Assembly: GCF_963506605.1 (NCBI RefSeq)
Contig: NC_083285.1
Span: 27,342,001 to 27,406,000 of the forward strand
From: Zootoca vivipara
Taxonomy: Eukaryota
Length of the DNA stretch: 64,000 nt
Direction: 5' to 3'
This document shows positions 13,883 through 26,011 of the stretch, piece by piece. The notes beneath the pieces are model-generated. The model ran no database searches. It was given only the letters and a program-made list of their open reading frames with translations, and was not told the DNA's origin. A program made the translations under genes and the position numbers. The stretch's first letter is position 1. Each line of letters starts with the position of its first letter.

Positions 13883-14180
13883 CAGTGGTAGCTCGACTTA
13901 CGAACGACTCAACAACCGAATTTTTCGACTTACAAATGGGGGTAATGGCCACGCGCTTACAAATTTCTCGACATCCAAAAAACCACAACCGTGGCGGTTT
14001 TAGATAGGGATTTTTCGACTTATGAATTTTTAGATAAGGTTGCTTCGACTTACGAATTTTTCGGTTTCCAATGCATTCCTATGGAAATCGCGTTTCCAAT
14101 GGCGTTTTTCGACTTACGGATTTTTCGACTTACGAAGGTGCCTTCGGAACGGATTAAATTCGTAAGTCAAGGCACCACTG
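13883..14180. mobile_element. Tc1/mariner-type MITE, same subfamily as 47965-48253
   Basis: TIRs CAGTGGTAGCTCGACTTACGAA ... TTCGTAAGTCAAGGCACCACTG. The left TA is present and the right TA is lost. Confidence 0.85.
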
Positions 14181-14289
14181 CTCTAGAAGTAAAGTTACAG
14201 GGAACCAGGCTGAGGGCCTTCCCAGTGGCATCCACCTTGTGGAATGTCCCTCATCAGATGTCAAACAGATAAATAACTATATGATTTTT

Positions 14290-15088
14290 GTGTGTCGAGG
14301 CTTCCCAGAAATTACCTTAAATAACTCACAACTGACAACATAATTATGGTTTGGTTTTTGGCAAATAATTTAGGGCCACAACTTTATTAAATACACCAAT
14401 TTTAATCCGAGTGTTGGCTTAGGCTTTTGGTTATCCACTCATCCTTCCTAAAGAAGGACTATCACCATCTGTCCATTTAGGACAGGACTCAATCAGCTGT
14501 CCCCTTCGGACAGGACTCACCTCATCTGCCCAGTTGGGGCAGGACTCACATCATCTGTCACCATGGGACAGGACTCACCACTGTCCGCTTGGACAGTTCC
14601 TGCTCCGACTTCCTGAAGGGAAGTCAAGTAAACATACCTGGGGGAGAGGAGGTGGGGGGTAGGCATCTGTGTGCCACACCCCTCTACCAACCGATTAACC
14701 AACCAAAAGCCTAACCGCCAACCTAACAAGTTGTGACAATTTGCTAACGCAGTAGGCAAAAACCAAGAGGCAAAGCCAATCAGCCAATTGGAAAAATTCC
14801 TACTGGCCCCTGAATACAGGTGGCCCTGAAGGCAATAGCAACGTCATGCTAACCTGCAAGAAAAAAGGGCGGGTGGGAGGGGATTCGGACGCCAAGGCAA
14901 AATGTGCCTAGAAAATGGAGGGCAGGAGCTTAAAAGGGGGACCCTTCAACCAACCAGAACTCAGGGATTTACATACCCACGCCCCCATTGCTCAGCAATA
15001 CATGTGGCCTAGGCCATAACCCAAACCCTAAAGTAAATTTCCTCACAGCCCTACCACAATCCGCTTTATATTGGATGATATAAAGCGC
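14290..15088 (-). mobile_element. Unclassified ~800-bp insertion (LTR-like or DIRS/Ngaro-like remnant) with a structured hairpin cassette
   Basis: It cleanly interrupts the L2 between ...ctatatgattttt and tttagaagacatctg. The minus strand has a TGTGG...CGACA core, a TTTTAA box and AATAAA (+ tttatt 14383-88). Family assignment is uncertain. Confidence 0.65.
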
Positions 15089-17211
15089 TTTAGAAGACAT
15101 CTGAAGGCTGCACTGTATAGGGAAGTTTTTAATGTTTGGTGTTTTATGGTGTTTTCATATTTTGCTGGAAGCCGCCCACAGTGGCTGGTATAACCCAGTC
15201 AGATAGGTGGGGTACAAATAATAAAATTGTTGTTGCTGCTGCTGAGGAAAGGAATGAATGAATCTATTTCTCATCTGTATCAATTCCATATCTGGTTTCC
15301 ACATTCACCTTTCATTTCAAAACAATCCTCTCAAAATAGTAGTTAAATGCATATTTTATCTCAAAATACATGTCTATATTCTAATTTTGATGAATTTAAA
15401 GTACCAAGAAGGGTGTGATGGCATCTGGTAAAGTTAGACTGAGAGGTGAGAATCAGGCCATTTTCATATACTGTAGGAAATTAAAAATTTTCATATAGGA
15501 AATTTTTAAAAAAAGACTTGACGGAAGCTATGTCCAATATTCAAGGCTTTTTCACACAGCAGAAAGCAGAGCTACAAATAGATGGCAATTCTGCCTCCTT
15601 TATACCACAGGGATGGCTCTTCTGTCACTCACTTCTCACTCCCTAGGCTAGGGCATGACCCACGCAGGATCAACCTGAATGGATCTCATTAGTCATTTAA
15701 CCTGAAAGCACCGCTTTAAAAAGTTATAACTGGTTATGGGGTCTCCTAGATTTTCAACAGAATTTCAAATATGTCCTGGGAAGCTGAGAACAGAAGGTAG
15801 TGCTACCCATATGCATAACATTTGACTCTTTTTTTCCTCCAACACTGAGGCATCAAAGATCCTTTAAAACCCATTCATTCTCACGCTAAAGCAGCAGAGA
15901 AACCCAGCAGACCTTATTAGGTACATCAGACGCTGAGGAGGACAAAAAGAAACCATACTCCCCAAAGCCTCGTCTGGGATATGTGCAGCTGCCCTTAATG
16001 TTTCTTTGAAATTCCTTTGTTTCAGAGGGAGATCAGGAGATCATGCCCTTTGTACCTCAGTCAGAAATATCAGCTACGGCTGGAACAGAAGGAGCATATT
16101 AAGTTTTGACTCAGCATTCCTGCTAAAATATCAAGCACAAAGATGTTAGAATCCGGACACTGGCCTGCAGAGACCCCGAAGGGGCCAAACTCCTCACTCT
16201 AATAAGTACAGGGAATAAGACATGCTCTGTGGCATGGCTGGATAGCTTAAAATCTGGTACCTTCCAGAGGTTTTTAGATTACAACTCCTATCAGGTGGGT
16301 GGCATCAGGTTGAAGGCTGACAGATCTTGTGAAACAAAGTGCAACCCTACATCAAAAGAATTCTGCTTATTCCTGCACCATTTAGGGGATGGAACATGTG
16401 ATGCAAAAAGAAAAAGGCATTTGAGACCTCCTTTGTGCATATACTTTTACGGCTGAAGAACAGCAAAGCTGAAATAAGGCTCAGGGGCCTGAAGCTTTAA
16501 GAATGCAAGGAGCAGTCACACAAAAACATTCAGGTGGGGCATTAGTAGCTATCTGGATTAAACAGGGCTTGTAAACTTAAAACTCATATCATTAGTAAGA
16601 AGCCAGGCTGCATGTATATTTCAATGGCTGCGTTCAGACAGAAGGTTTACTGTCTTAGTTTTACCTCTCATAATGCTAGTGCTTCTGTTTCAATTTCTAA
16701 TATTTGTTTTACACTGCAGCATCTGATGTGCTATGGAACTGTGGCTTTTTAATCGATATATCGCCATGTTGAGCTAAATTTAAAATGAATAGGAAATAAC
16801 TGTATGCCAGGACACTGCCCCAAATTCTGTCGCATGAGTGGCACCCCCACAGTGCATCCCCACCAACCAACTTTTTCAGTTAATGGGGTTTAAAATTTTC
16901 TGAACAGCTACTAGGTAGGGGCTGTGACAGGAGTGTCAACCAGCTGAATCGCATGTATTTTGGCACTGTGTTCCTGAGTGAGTGAGCCAGCCAGCAAGCC
17001 AGCTGACACACACCTGAATTTTCGGTTGAAAGATGTTGGAGGGTATATCTATATGGGATGCTGCTTAAGTTACCCTTAACTTTATGTTGCTATAGGTGTC
17101 AGTGAGTGTATTCTTACTTCTTCACTTTTGTTATAACAACTCATAGAGGCAGCTTCCAACAGGGAGAGCTGACCCCAGAGTTAGCTCCCAGATAAACCTC
17201 ATATATAAATA

Positions 17212-17400
17212 TAGTGGTACCTCGGGTTACGAACTTAATTTGTTCCAGAGGTCCGTTCTTAACCCGAAACCGTTCTTAACCTGAGGCGTGCTTTCGCTAA
17301 TGGGGCCTCCCGCTGCCACCGCCACACAATTGTCGTTCTCATCCTGGGGCAAAGTTCTCAACCTGAGGTACTACTTCCGGGTTAGCGGAGTCTGTAACCA
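17212..17400. mobile_element. Truncated Tc1/mariner-type MITE, relative of 19136-19582
   Basis: Starts TAGTGGTACCTCGGGTTACGAAC. The internal sequence is the reverse complement of the 19136 element, and the other TIR is missing. Confidence 0.8.
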
Positions 17401-19135
17401 AAAGTTTCAGTTCTGCTGAATGAATGTCCAAATCCACACACACACACCCCTTGCAAAAGAAACAAACATTGATTTCAGACTTAAGGAATTACTGAGTCGA
17501 GTCATGGATCTTCTGCAGCTACGAGAGCTATAAATTCTAGCACAATTTTTACTGCAAAAAACATATTAATAAGAATGCATCACTTTTACATTTCTTTCAC
17601 AGCAACTCGGCTTGTTCTTGTGTATGTTAATAAAACTGGTTTCTTGATTAAGTGCTCCAATCACAGAGATTTCTTGCAGCCCACAGTGGTCTCGTTTAAT
17701 TTATTAAGAGTGTGTAATTTGGTGAGAACAGAAAACTAGTAGAGATGTAATGTGATCAACATGCTCTGCCCCAAATACTTTTTCTACCTAAAACAAAGCC
17801 CACTGGTGCTGGCTGCGTCCCCATCTCAATGGCAGGACTAGCTCAGCCCAGGCTAATTCAGGCACCAGGCACATCCTGAGCTCACCGCAGCCCAGCACTC
17901 TCTTTGCTTTCTGCTGCTGCTCAGTCAAAATGTACATCGTAAGCTGCGTGGGAACTGGGAGCTGTCCTCCCCTACACACACTTATGAAATGCTGCCTAGC
18001 TCCATATAAACCCATGGTACTGACAGTGTATTCCATTATATATTAATAAATACAGAAGGTGTGCACTGAAATGGTGAACACTTTCCCTTCAAAATAAGGA
18101 TCAAGAACATCCTGTATCCACATCAAACTAGAAGTACTGTACGCTAGTCTGATGGTGTGGTAAAAATGTAAGGCCTTTGATGCTTCATAAGTGGTTTTTA
18201 TTGTTGCCTTGAAATGAAGAGCAGGTGGCTGAACTTCATTTTTCTACCCTCATGACTGCTTTGTTGATTATCAGTGTGTTTCAAGGCTTTGTTCTTTTCA
18301 ATTGTCAGAATATCAGGAAAAAAATATTCCAAGTTTTTCTTCTAGTTTTCACAGAGAACTGCTGGCTGTCCACCTGTGTAATATCATCCCAGGAAAGATG
18401 GATGTTTATAAAGAAGTTGACCCTGTTTCACACAGGATTGAAGTAATTGCTATCATGCTGTTCTGGTGTGACACTGGCTTGAATACGGTTTGAGCAGAGA
18501 TTTATATTCCTCAAGCACTCACAATGGGAAGATTAAATAAATCCATGTAAATAAAATCTATTTCAGAAATTATCACTTTCAGCGTTGGAAATGACTGAAT
18601 GTCAACTTTACTCTTTGAAATTTTGAAAATGCTATGATAGCATTATAAAAAGAGATCACTTTCCCTCATATGCTAACTCACCACCATGTTTTGGTCAAAG
18701 AAAATGATGTTTCACTTGACATTCATATTAGGTTATTGCACTTTAAAATGTTAATTAATTTCTAGATGATGGCCTCATGCATAAAAATGTATTGGCAAGA
18801 GTAAATTACTTTTTGAAAGAAAAGAAATCAACAATAAACTGCATTAGACTGGGTAATCAATGTTTATTGAATTTTGTGCTGGAGGCCAGTTTCTCTGTCA
18901 ACAAAGGTCCTTCAAACACAGATTTTCACTTCAGCTTTAATGAACAAGGTTGGAATCATAAATTGAAATAAAATGCAGAAATAATAAACTATTCTTTTCC
19001 TTTTCAAGTCTCACTTGAAAGCAAACTGAAAATACAGCAAAACAGTGTATATGAAACACACATTTATTTATAACATTTCTGTGTATACTGCTTTGAGCAA
19101 ATGCATTATTTTCCTGGCAAAGAAAGCATGAAATA

Positions 19136-19582
19136 CAGTGGTACCTTGAGCTAAAAACGCCTCAGGTTACAAACGCTTCAGGTTACAAACTCCGCTAACC
19201 TGGAAGAGTTACCTCGAGTTGGGAACTTTGCCCCAGGCAGGGCCATCTTAAGCAGCTGTGGCGCCCTGGCGCCGTGATGCAAAGATCCCTCTGGCGCCCC
19301 TCCCCTCCCCGTTTCCCAGTGCAGCTGTCTGGTGGGCACAGCGGGCTGCGCGGCTGCCGCAGGCTCAGCCGCGCAGCACCCCCCCTAGCGGCCTGGCGCC
19401 CTGCGCCACCCAGCCTTGCCGTAGGGCCAGCCCTGGCCCAAGGATGAGAACAGAAATCGTGTGCCAGCGGTGCAGCGGCAGCAAGAGGCCCCATTAGCAA
19501 AAGTACACCTCTAGTTAAGAACAGTTTCAGGTTAAGAAAGGACCTCCGGAACAAATTAAGTTTGTAACCAGAGGTACCACTG
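19136..19582. mobile_element. Tc1/mariner-type MITE with a nested hAT insert
   Basis: TIRs CAGTGGTACCT ... AGGTACCACTG with a TA TSD. Confidence 0.9.
19238..19435. mobile_element. GC-rich hAT-type MITE
   Basis: Ends CAGGGC ... GCCCTG with TSD GCCCCAGG/GCCCAAGG (7/8). The empty site is visible in the sister copy at about 17335-17356. Confidence 0.85.
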
Positions 19583-20087
19583 TAATAATAAAATCTAACT
19601 GAGCTAGATAACAGTGATTTTTTTATATATATAAAAAAACCATTTAGAATTATGTTGCAATTATCATTCAGGTATTCACCAAAACTCAACATTAGTTAGT
19701 TCAGACCAGAATTCTCAGAATGCTCTTAGATCCATCTCATGTTATTTTTTCTGTAATCTGATTACCAACTCAGTAATCGGAGTCTGAGTTACTTTAAAGT
19801 TAATTTATATTTTATGCACTTATGTGGGTTTTTTTGGGGGGGGGGGAGACATACTCTCAAATTTACAGTAACACAAGGTGGTCTTTAGACTCTACTGGAT
19901 TGGAGGCACTTCCAAAAATGTAAGGAGCCCTTCTGTTTACAGAACTGATATTCTGGATCCAACCCACTAAACCTGGCCTGTGGTGCTATTTTTCTAGAAA
20001 AAAAAGAGGTGCTGGAACTCACCATGAACACCTCCCTCATTGTCTTAGAATGGCAACGGCACCCACCTGAGAGGTGCCGGAACTGAG

Positions 20088-20420
20088 TCGGAGGGTGGGG
20101 GAGCGTGCAGGAGCGTGCGGCCGGGTGCGCCCATGCGTATGCGCAAACGCTATTTCTGGCACACTCCCGACCTGGAAAGTGCCGGAAAGAGCTTCTGCGC
20201 ATGTGCAGGAGCCTCCACCGTCCCGGAAGTACACCGGAAATGACGCGCTTGCGAACGGCACAAGCTATTTCCGTCGCTTTTCCGGGTCAGAGTGGGCAGC
20301 CGCGCCACATCGAGCCAGTAAGAGCGGGCGGCGGCAGTGGGTGGCGGGGGTTGCCGGGGGCTGCATAAAAGAGCCTCGTGGGCCATATGCGGCCCCCGGG
20401 GCGTAATTTGGGGGCTCCTG
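20088..20420. mobile_element. GC/CpG-rich hAT-like MITE remnant
   Basis: Its right end, gcggcccccggggcgtaatttgggggctcctg, resembles hAT MITE termini. It has internal ccggaa/ttccgg and tgcgca motifs. The left end is unclear. Confidence 0.5.
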
Positions 20421-20499
20421 GTCAATACCTTTCCCCAGGGAAATCTGGGAATTGTAGCTCTGTTGTATGAATCTGCTTTTAATGTATAATGCAGACTGG

Positions 20500-21890
20500 G
20501 GAAAGTCCCCCTGTAAGCTGGAGCCAGGTCCCTGGAGGGATCAGCGAGCCGCCATTATGATGTCACAATAGGAAGGAATTTGTTTACCTCTTTGAGGTCG
20601 GGAACTGTCAGTATTGAAAAGAGCACAAAATATAAGGCTGTGAATAAGAAGTTTGATAAATGCTCTTTTTGTAAATGGACATAAAAGTTTTAAGGTATGA
20701 AGAAGAACTGAATATGCTAGTTTGCAACCAGTTCGGATATAATTTCTGTTTTTGAAGTTTGGAAATACGAACTGCGCCATTTCCTGCTTTGTAACCTGTG
20801 CTGTTCCCATGAAATTTGAGACAAGCAAGATGCCAGTAGACATAATAACATCTGATTTCTCTGATTTTCAAGATGAATTCCTGATATTCTTATGGGAACT
20901 AAGAAGTGAAGTACATCAGAATACAATACAGACTGGAAAAATAAACCAGAAGTGTACGGAAATTGAAAAATCATTAATTTCATCTGAGAGTGTAGAGAAG
21001 AAAGATGAACATTCATTAGTTCTGGACAATGCAATTGAATCAGAAGAAGAAGAAAAAGAAGGAGGAACATTGTGCTCCCAGTGAGGGGGGGGGACAAGAC
21101 CCATGCTTGACTCAAAGGGTTTTTAAAGAAGAACCAGCATGGAATAATGCCCTCCCAGTGAGAGAGGGAGAGTAGGATCCATGCTGGGGTCAGAATCTAA
21201 GGGGAATAAAAATTGTGAAAGGATTGAAAAGTGGAAATTTAGATGGATGGTATCGTGCAACAGTTAGAAAATTGGGGAGACAGCAGGGGACGAAGAAGGA
21301 AGTGTGGTGGATAGGTTGTGACAGAGTGGGAGTGGGGTGAGGAGTAAAAATAGATGTTATTTTCTGACTGATTAAGATGGTCCACAACTGGGTTGACCTA
21401 TGGAACTGGTTGAATCGTCTGGGAGACTTCAAGTCCAGGAGAGGGGGACTGAATCATATCTAAGTGTTTAAATGTTATTAGGATAGAAGAAGTAATGTTT
21501 GAATTTATGGATAATTTTTGGGAATAAATTTTAGGCTAAGGGGTGAAATAGAAGATAGATGGTTGGGAAAATAATTTCTGATATGGAATAATTGATGAAT
21601 TATAGGTTAAGGATAGTTGATGTTTATAGATTAGGGATAACTGAGAGATAATGAAAAAAAATGTGTTAAAATGATTTAAGATATAACATGAAAACTGCTT
21701 AAGTTGGATTTAAAAATGGACCCAGTGAGGGGGGAATTGAGGAAGTCTACAATGTCAAGTAAAAATGAAAGATTATTGTAATTGATATTTTTCTTTTTTC
21801 TTTTAGTTTTTTGTCTTTTTGTTTTTGTGTTTTTTTGTATTTTGTATTGTTTTAAAATGAATAAATATTATTTGAAAAACAAAACAAAAA
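20500..21890 (+). mobile_element. Internally deleted L1-like element (ORF1-like remnant, 3' UTR, A-rich tail)
   Basis: A-rich sense strand, short acidic coiled-coil-like ORF at 20752-21084, G-rich then T-rich 3' UTR, AATAAA, then an AAAAC tail at 21860-21890. No TSD found. Confidence 0.5.
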
Positions 21891-24800
21891 GTGTTTATGC
21901 CTTGCCATGTCAGTGGGCTATCATCTACTTTACTGTGTTCAACATAACTAAGGTGTGGTACAGTAAAATAAAACTTCAGTGACGCCAACAACTAACACTT
22001 CTTTAAGTCATGCTCTATGATACATGTAAACAATAAAAGCAAAGCACCATCCAGTGTAGTGTAGGTATTTATTTTCTGGAATGCAATCAACAGTAGAAAA
22101 ATTAAAAATTATGGCATGTAAAACGTATGCTGTAAACAGACCCCCTACAACGTCACAAGCTGCATATCACAGCAATAAGCAAAATTTTCTTATCCGGTTG
22201 CTTTCTCAGCCCTCCATTTTTTGATACCACGCTCAGAGTGCACAGTTATTACACACCTCAGCTATAGCCCAAATATGACTTGAATGCAATTCATTTTAAT
22301 GAGCCACACACATATTCATAGAATCAAAAAGATTATACTACGGAAAGAACAACTGGGTCAGCTAAACCCACAGGGCCCAGTGCAAATTTTAAAAAATTGT
22401 AAAGTCACAGACAATTACTGTGTAGCACATCACATTGATATTGTGACATAGAGCGAGCTGAATTTAGCTGAGTCCTACATTCAAATGCCTATGTGTTCTG
22501 CTTGTTATTCTTCAGCTTAACATTTTCTTGCCCTTTTGCGCAGCACCTTATTTCAGTAAAGAGTTTCAGTTTTTTGAATGTTTCATACTTTTGGGGACCT
22601 GATGCAAATCAACAAGTTGACATCATCTCTCAGAAATCCCATATTTTGTTGTCATCATGCATGCGTAGGAATACAAAAGCATCATGCCTTTTGACAGACA
22701 CTATGACCAATTTTAAAGACTTTGGAGAGTGAATAGGGTAGGGATCTTTCATATCTACCTCTTATTTTGTATGCTATTTAACACAAATAGTGTTAATTTG
22801 TTTTTCATTTTGTTTAAAGTATTTTAAGCCGCTTTTTGGAGCCATGTCCTCACAAAATGACATACAAATGGACAGATGACGTGCAACAAAAAAACAGTCA
22901 CACCAGAACAGTTCTACAGATTAATTTGGGAATACTACTTCGAGTATTAGTTAAAGGGAAATGTGAAGAGGAAGACCCTCAAGGACCACCTAAATGCCAG
23001 AACTGAAAGAGCAAGGCAAACGTCCGTTAGTAGCATGACAAAAACTTGCATGGCACTATTCGAGATAATTCCAACAGCAAAACTCCAACTGATTTCATGA
23101 AGCAGAACTGGCACCTTTGGTTGTTAAAACAACAATAATATAATCATAGATTTAGCTGTTGTTCTAGAAAGTCAGTCATTGTGAACAGAAATGCGTCTGT
23201 TTGTGCAATGAGCAGTTTCTCATTTAAACATAATGGCCCATGAGTCCTTTGGATTGCAACAATGACCTTACACTATTTTGTTCAGTCTCTGGAAATAATT
23301 TTTGTGACACATAATCCATCCTATCGAATTCACAGCCCTATTAAAGTTCTGAGTAATTCAGACGTCAAAGTATTAGTCCTTTATAATAAAAAAGTGGCAT
23401 GTTTTTGACTCTTCTATACAACATTTTAAAAACAGCTCTTAAGGTTGAAAATCTTTTTTGTATATTTTCTAATATTGTTATAATATTACCATTTGTCTCT
23501 GTTCTTTTTAATAGCTACATTCCATAACCAAAACTATCTTTGCTTTGCTCTCAGGAAAAGAATGTTTGAAATTCTTGTTCTTGTAACATGTAAAAGAGTT
23601 TGAACAAGGAGGAAATTTACTAATGTAATGTGAAATGTATCACAGCTACTCTGATTCTGGTACAGTTCATTTGGAATTTAAGGAATGTATGTCATACATC
23701 TTCAATTATCTCTGCTTGTCTCCATGCATTTTATTCTTTAATGTTATTTTATTGTATTTTTATTTGTGTTTAATGAATTCATTATTAACCAAAACAAAAG
23801 AGAATAAAAAATAAATGTACTATATCAAAAACACTACCTGGATCCACAAGAATATCCAATGATCCTAGATTTTGTGGAAGCTGTCTTAATAATTAATGAA
23901 CAGGTTTAACTGTTGTTAAATACACAAGCTTGAGTTTCCGGGTTTCAGCAAGCAATCCTTCCTTCAACATTAATTCTAACTGTGGCATTTTAACGACAAA
24001 CATGAAATTCCACTATTACCCAATGGAAAATTCTTGTTCTTTATTTTAGAATCCCACTCCTACACCAGTTGCGCTAAACGCATTCCTTTTATTTCTCAAA
24101 AAGAATTCTGATACTTGTGAGCCAACTGTGCAATTAGCCACATGTTTCTTTACCCAGGGCAAGCAGAAATTGCCCTGAGAGAGTAGCAAATGTCAGCAGC
24201 TCTTACGGTAATATTTTCTTTTGGTTCATAAAGGCAGTTGGAATGGGATCATAGGTGTCTCTACCCAACCAGGAGAAGTTGTACACAAAGCCCTATTTGG
24301 GTGTTTCTGCCAACACATGAGTGAGAAACACAATGATGCTGAGAGCCTGTCCGTGACCAAAGAATACAAATACAAATATTGTGTTGTGAAATACAAGAAT
24401 ATTGCGGGGGGGGGGGGGAGGAACGTAGTGGTGATCGGGAGACTTGCATCAAAAAATTCAAATAAGCGAGACTTTCAAAGGATAACTTTGAAAGTTTTCC
24501 TTGTGTATTGTTTCAGGAAGGGTGACAAGTGGGCTTGCAGTGAAATGTGAACCAAGCCAAATTTCTCCCCCACCCTTAGTTGTAAACCACTTCTGCTGTT
24601 TCATCAAAAGAACCTTGGGCATTTTAGACTGATTAAGAGAGCTTATATATTTATGTTAAGTGATCGCTGGCAACTTTACAGGACATCAAGATTTAAGTGT
24701 GATGTGGAATTGCCCTGAGTATTTCACACGCTGCGTTCCAACTTCTCATCCTCTCTGCCATGCCCTCTGTCTTTCTCTCTCTCTCCCAATTCTCCCAGGG

Positions 24801-25475
24801 TGTCAGCGAGAGGACTAGACACCTTGGGGAAATTCCCAAGACATATCAGAATTCCACCCAGAAACTATAAGCCTCCAGGAACACAACATTCAAATCACCC
24901 CCCCCCCCAAAACCTGTGAAAAGGACACATGGCATTGAAAGCCGAAAGCCAGGCCAAAAACCTAATCGGGGACTGATATGGAAGTTGTCTACTTCAAATA
25001 TGAACTGGTAAGGAAAAGAAAGAAAATTGATATAATTATTTAAAAATGGAATACTCCATCCCTCATCATATAAGGAACCTTGGCAGCTGTGACCATTTCT
25101 GATTAAAGCAGAGAGTTTTTGCCTCTCCTTCTTTGCCTGAAGAACAAATACCTAAAAGTGAAGACATATTACTTGTATTAATACAATAATAATATTAATA
25201 CATATTACTTGTTGCAGGTGTAGGTTAGTATTTACATTATGGTGTATAAATATATGTTGGCTAGCCATATCACACCGCAATTGTGCCCCATTTCCACATG
25301 TAAAGCACAGCAGTTCCTAACACATTCATATAATCAAGTACCCTGTCCTAACAATGGCAAAGCTTAGTACCAAGCAATCTCTGCTGATTAATCATCCTGC
25401 TTTACCCAAATCTTTACCTATTTTCTGTTTGTCCAAAATTGCATAGATTTGGTTGTAGAAAACTGGCAGAAACTT

Positions 25476-25476
<1 letters not shown>

Positions 25477-25523
<47 letters not shown>
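25477..25523 (+). repeat. (GT)n microsatellite
   Basis: Perfect GT run. Confidence 0.95.
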
Positions 25524-25525
<2 letters not shown>

Positions 25526-25921
25526 GACTAGTTCATTTCAACTGTTGGCTGGAAGTACATGATCTACATTTTGAGCCAGACTTATTGGAGGTTAAATAAA
25601 ATTTTTAAAAAGCCTTGCGTTACAGCTTCAGCTGGTTTTAGTTACTTAGAAACTTATAATTCCATTAGTTCTCTGGTCATGCCCCAGACTGAAATACTTT
25701 CTAATGGAAAGAAGACAGATTAAATCTTTTTTGTTGGGAGAAGGTATGGATTGAGATGAATGACACAGTTTTGGGCTGTTTATATAACAAGGCATATTCA
25801 AGAGTTTATATTCAGGTCAACTCTGTTCACTACACAATAGACTTCTAACAGAATGGAAATTCTAGCAGAAGTACGCACATTCTTATTAGGACATATTATA
25901 TTAGGGCATTAAGAATATGCA

Positions 25922-25926
<5 letters not shown>

Positions 25927-26011
<85 letters not shown>
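25927..26011 (+). repeat. Compound (TC)n(TG)n(AG)n microsatellite
   Basis: Three adjacent dinucleotide runs. Confidence 0.95.

Larger units (their letters stand above)
13205..15243 (+). mobile_element. L2-clade LINE 3' portion, split by three younger insertions
   Basis: From 13239 it translates [37 protein letters not shown], a typical L2 ORF2 C-terminus. It resumes at 13748-13880 (LKDLHWLP), 14181-14289 and 15089-15243 (3' tail). Confidence 0.85.

Noticed and set aside
14455-14596. CRISPR-like array (repeats with variable inserts)
   Set aside because: The context is vertebrate, units are only 26-29 bp with 4-7 nt variable parts, and there are no cas genes. It is better described as a hairpin array inside a mobile element.
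19195-20425. Long GC-rich ORFs or a CpG-island promoter
   Set aside because: These are explained by GC-rich MITEs with TIR/TSD evidence; the ORFs are by-products of stop-codon scarcity.
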